A DNA stretch of 64,000 nucleotides from Utricularia gibba (Eukaryota > Plantae > Magnoliophyta), in contig NEEC01000018.1 of the NCBI GenBank assembly GCA_002189035.1, forward strand, positions 868,001 through 932,000, written 5' to 3'. Below, piece by piece: positions 61,141 to 64,000 of this stretch; position 1 is the stretch's first letter; the number at the start of each line of letters is the position of its first letter. The position numbers were made by a program, and so were the translations under genes. The notes beneath the pieces are model-generated. The model was not told the DNA's origin, ran no database searches, and saw only the letters and a list, made by a program, of their open reading frames with translations.

Positions 61141-63362
61141 GGCGGAGACGCGGGGACGTTGCCCCGAGCAGTACAAAATCAATTTGCGAATTGGTTTTCT
61201 TTCCTTTTCACGCAGTTTCTTCTTTCAGGCTTCCTGGCCTTCGCTTCCTGGTGCGAACCTATTCCCATTTTGGGCTTTGCAATCCAACCCCAAGTATTAA
61301 ATTCTCTTCAAGTCTTTTTCCTTCAGCTTTCCCGCCCCATTTCGACCCTCTTCTCATTTCCATGGGTTTAGAAATGGATTTAATTCTAAATGTATATTTG
61401 GTTTACGAGTTTATAATTAGAGTATTTGACATCAAATAAAGTTTTTAGTGTAATAAAGATTAAATCTTGAGATGGAATTGAAAGATAAATGCTTACGGAT
61501 TCATATTTAATAAACACGAAATCTATAAGAATATAAAAATCACATTATCTCCATTGATTGTTAACGTATAAATACCTATGTTATGGGCGAAAATCAGTAT
61601 CTTGAAGGAGCCCGATTTTCAGATTATGGGTGCAGCCGGATATGCTTTACTCGGTTCGTTTAGTATAATTGAAAATAAGTGGAGTTTTTTACGTGGAAAC
61701 CGTCGGGAAAAACCACGAAGCTGTCGGAGGTCGTCGGAAAATATCTTCACTAGGTGAAGATGGGGAAATAAATACAAGTTAGAGGGCTTGGAGTCGAATC
61801 CCCTACTTATAGAAAAGGTCGATTTAACCGAATTTTGACTTCTGTAATTGTCGGTTGTTTTCTGCGACTGTACTATGATCCTGTATTTCAGCAAATTGCC
61901 GTCTGCTCTACTGTAATTCGGCTGTTTTTCAGATTGTGTCTCTGACACATATCAGTCTGTCGATCGACGTTATCTCGTCAGAGCATCTTTTGGCAGCTTT
62001 TCAGAGAACGATTAACCATATCCGATTTGTACCCCATCAACCTATTATTTAGATTACACATGTGTCAAAGTTCAAATAAAATAAAATAAAAATTTTAATA
62101 ACCTTCATTACAAAATCATTTTATGATAAAAAAGAATTGGAGTTTCAATTACCTTCAATCTTATTTGGATTGAATGTGATCTCCAATAAATTTTTATTAA
62201 ATACAATGATAATATTATAAAAACTTACTCAACTCATCATTTTCAACTTACATGTCAAACATCTCATGATATTAACTTCGAATAAATTACATTTACATAT
62301 TAAACATGAATTATTTTTTAAATATTTAAAGTATATTTATATACATCCAAATTAAGTAAACCAAAATTCCGACCCAACACATTAACTAAACTACCCGTCT
62401 CTATTTAAATATAAGCATTAGTCAAGGTTAAGCAAGTCAAAAAAAGTGTCATAAGCCCAGAGTCATAATCTCTAGAAAAATCGTATATTTTATATTAAAA
62501 AACGGTATTTTCTTATGGTAGATTGGAACCGCAAGTACGGCCGGCATGGAAAATGGTTTTTTTAATTAATAAAGTAAGAGTTATAAGAAGCAACTCATAA
62601 GTTATTAAAGTGATTTTCTTTAATTTTTGAATAATATAATTTTTAAACTTCAACTTACATTTTTGTAAACAATTTATTCCTCAACTTATGAAATTACATA
62701 TTTAACCTTCCATGCGTAAGTTTTCATTTAACTATTTTGACAATTGTTTTGATTTATATATATATATATATAAACCTTTCATTTTTAATTTATCATTTTT
62801 AGGTATTCGTTACATCCTTAATTTTTCATGTTTGATTCAATTTTTAAAAATTGTTTGGGTTTTCATTAAACCGGTTATGACAAATTGAAGTATATTTTTT
62901 GTAATTTTGAAATTTGTGGATTAGACTTTTTATACTGACTGAAAATTGAGTTGTTATTTTTGTAATTTTCTCTAATCTTAAAATTGAGTATATTTTACAA
63001 AGCATAAGTTAAAATTAAATAAGATGGATGAGTGAGTGACCACCGAGGCCCAGCCGTAGTAGAGAGGTGGGGGTGTGTGTGCCCTGAGATTTGAAGTGGC
63101 CCGAGAGGGGGGCGACGCGGTTTTAAAGATAAGGGAGGGAGGCGTCGCACGTGCGGTCCTGCATTGCGCACAACTGTACGACGCCACATGTTGAGACTGA
63201 TCTTTTGTTTTCTTTGTTCCCCCGCTTCCCCTCATATTCCTCCCACCTTCCTCCCTTTCTGATACCCCCCAAATTCCCTCCCACTCCGCCTCTCTATATA
63301 AATAGCTGCTCGCCGCCATGGCCACCAGCTTCTTTTCTGTTCTGCACCAGCAGCAGCATAGG

Positions 63363-64000
63363 ATGGAAACGAGTTCGCTTCCTCCTTACTTGGCCGCCGG
63401 CATCAGCAACGATTCTTCCTCCGCCTTCAGCGACTGTAACAGCGATGAATCCACCGACTTCCAGACGGCGTCATCTCAAGAGCGCCGCCGGGTGTTGCTT
63501 GCCACAGCTGCTGCGGACCCGGACGACCTCATCATTCGCCTCGTCTCTGACCTTGAATCTGGTGACATTGATGTACAGAAGCAGGCTGCAATGGAGATAC
63601 GTCTCCTTGCCAAGAATACGCCTGAAAATCGAATCAAAATCGCCAAATCCGGCGCGATCAAGCCCCTAATTTCCCTCATTTCTTGCAATGATCAGCAACT
63701 CCAGGAGTACGGCGTCACCGCGCTTTTGAATCTGTCCCTCTGCGACGACAACAAGAAGGAAATCGTCTCTTCGGGGGCGATCAAATCCCTAATCTGCCCG
63801 CTCAAGATCGGTACCTCAACGGCCCGCGAAAACGCCGCCTGCGCGCTCCTCCGCCTGTCCCAAACCCAGGAGAACAAAATCGCAATCGGCCGATCCGGCG
63901 CGATTCCCCCGCTGGTGAATCTCCTCGAGCACGGCGGCATTCGCGGCAAGAAAGACGCGTGCACGGCGCTCTACTCACTCTGTTCCGAGAAAGAGAACAA
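63363..64000 (+). CDS. ARM-repeat protein (PUB4-like, no U-box in the visible part), 5' part only
   Basis: Open frame to the window edge, so absent from the ORF track: SSAFSDCNSDES, QKQAAMEIRLLAKNTPENRIKIAKSGAIKPLISL, QEYGVTALLNLSLCDDNK, ARENAACALLRLSQ, GRSGAIPPLVNLLE, GKKDACTALYSLC. TATATAAATA at ~63295; another in-frame ATG at 63318. Confidence 0.9.
   Translation, partial: METSSLPPYLAAGISNDSSSAFSDCNSDESTDFQTASSQERRRVLLATAAADPDDLIIRLVSDLESGDIDVQKQAAMEIRLLAKNTPENRIKIAKSGAIKPLISLISCNDQQLQEYGVTALLNLSLCDDNKKEIVSSGAIKSLICPLKIGTSTARENAACALLRLSQTQENKIAIGRSGAIPPLVNLLEHGGIRGKKDACTALYSLCSEKEN

Noticed and set aside
61780-61810. tRNA or SINE B-box-like GAGTCGAATCCC
   Set aside because: No cloverleaf fold and no properly spaced A box.

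Overview
Eudicot plant nuclear DNA: gene-rich euchromatin with spliceosomal introns and AT-rich intergenic stretches. In order: a defective PIF/Harbinger transposon (Myb/SANT ORF plus DDE transposase, left end probably outside the window); a non-coding locus with a dual-guide box C/D snoRNA complementary to two 18S rRNA sites (missed by the ORF track); GRF (QLQ+WRC, miR396 site); a TAF1C/Rrn6-like gene; CSLC12; a C-terminal J-domain gene; a 3'-truncated Ty1/copia element; an ACC synthase; a DYW-type PPR (At1g25360/OTP90-like); PSRP6; EPFL2-like; KNAT1/BP-like; SOFL; AITR/DIG-like; ZCW7/AKAP17A-like; and an ARM-repeat gene running off the right edge. Several Tourist-like MITEs and a probable solo LTR are also present. 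I found no convincing novel multi-gene system. The best leads are: (i) the snoRNA and its putative non-coding host unit; (ii) three otherwise intact genes (GRF, PSRP6, AITR) each broken by a one-base loss in a homopolymer, most likely assembly consensus errors; (iii) an ACS with a type-2-like core but no regulatory C-terminal tail; (iv) a PPR gene whose start codon appears to come from a separate upstream exon; (v) a site-II-motif minisatellite and a solo LTR in proximal promoters. Family assignments, Arabidopsis locus names and rRNA sequences are recalled from memory; no database search was run.
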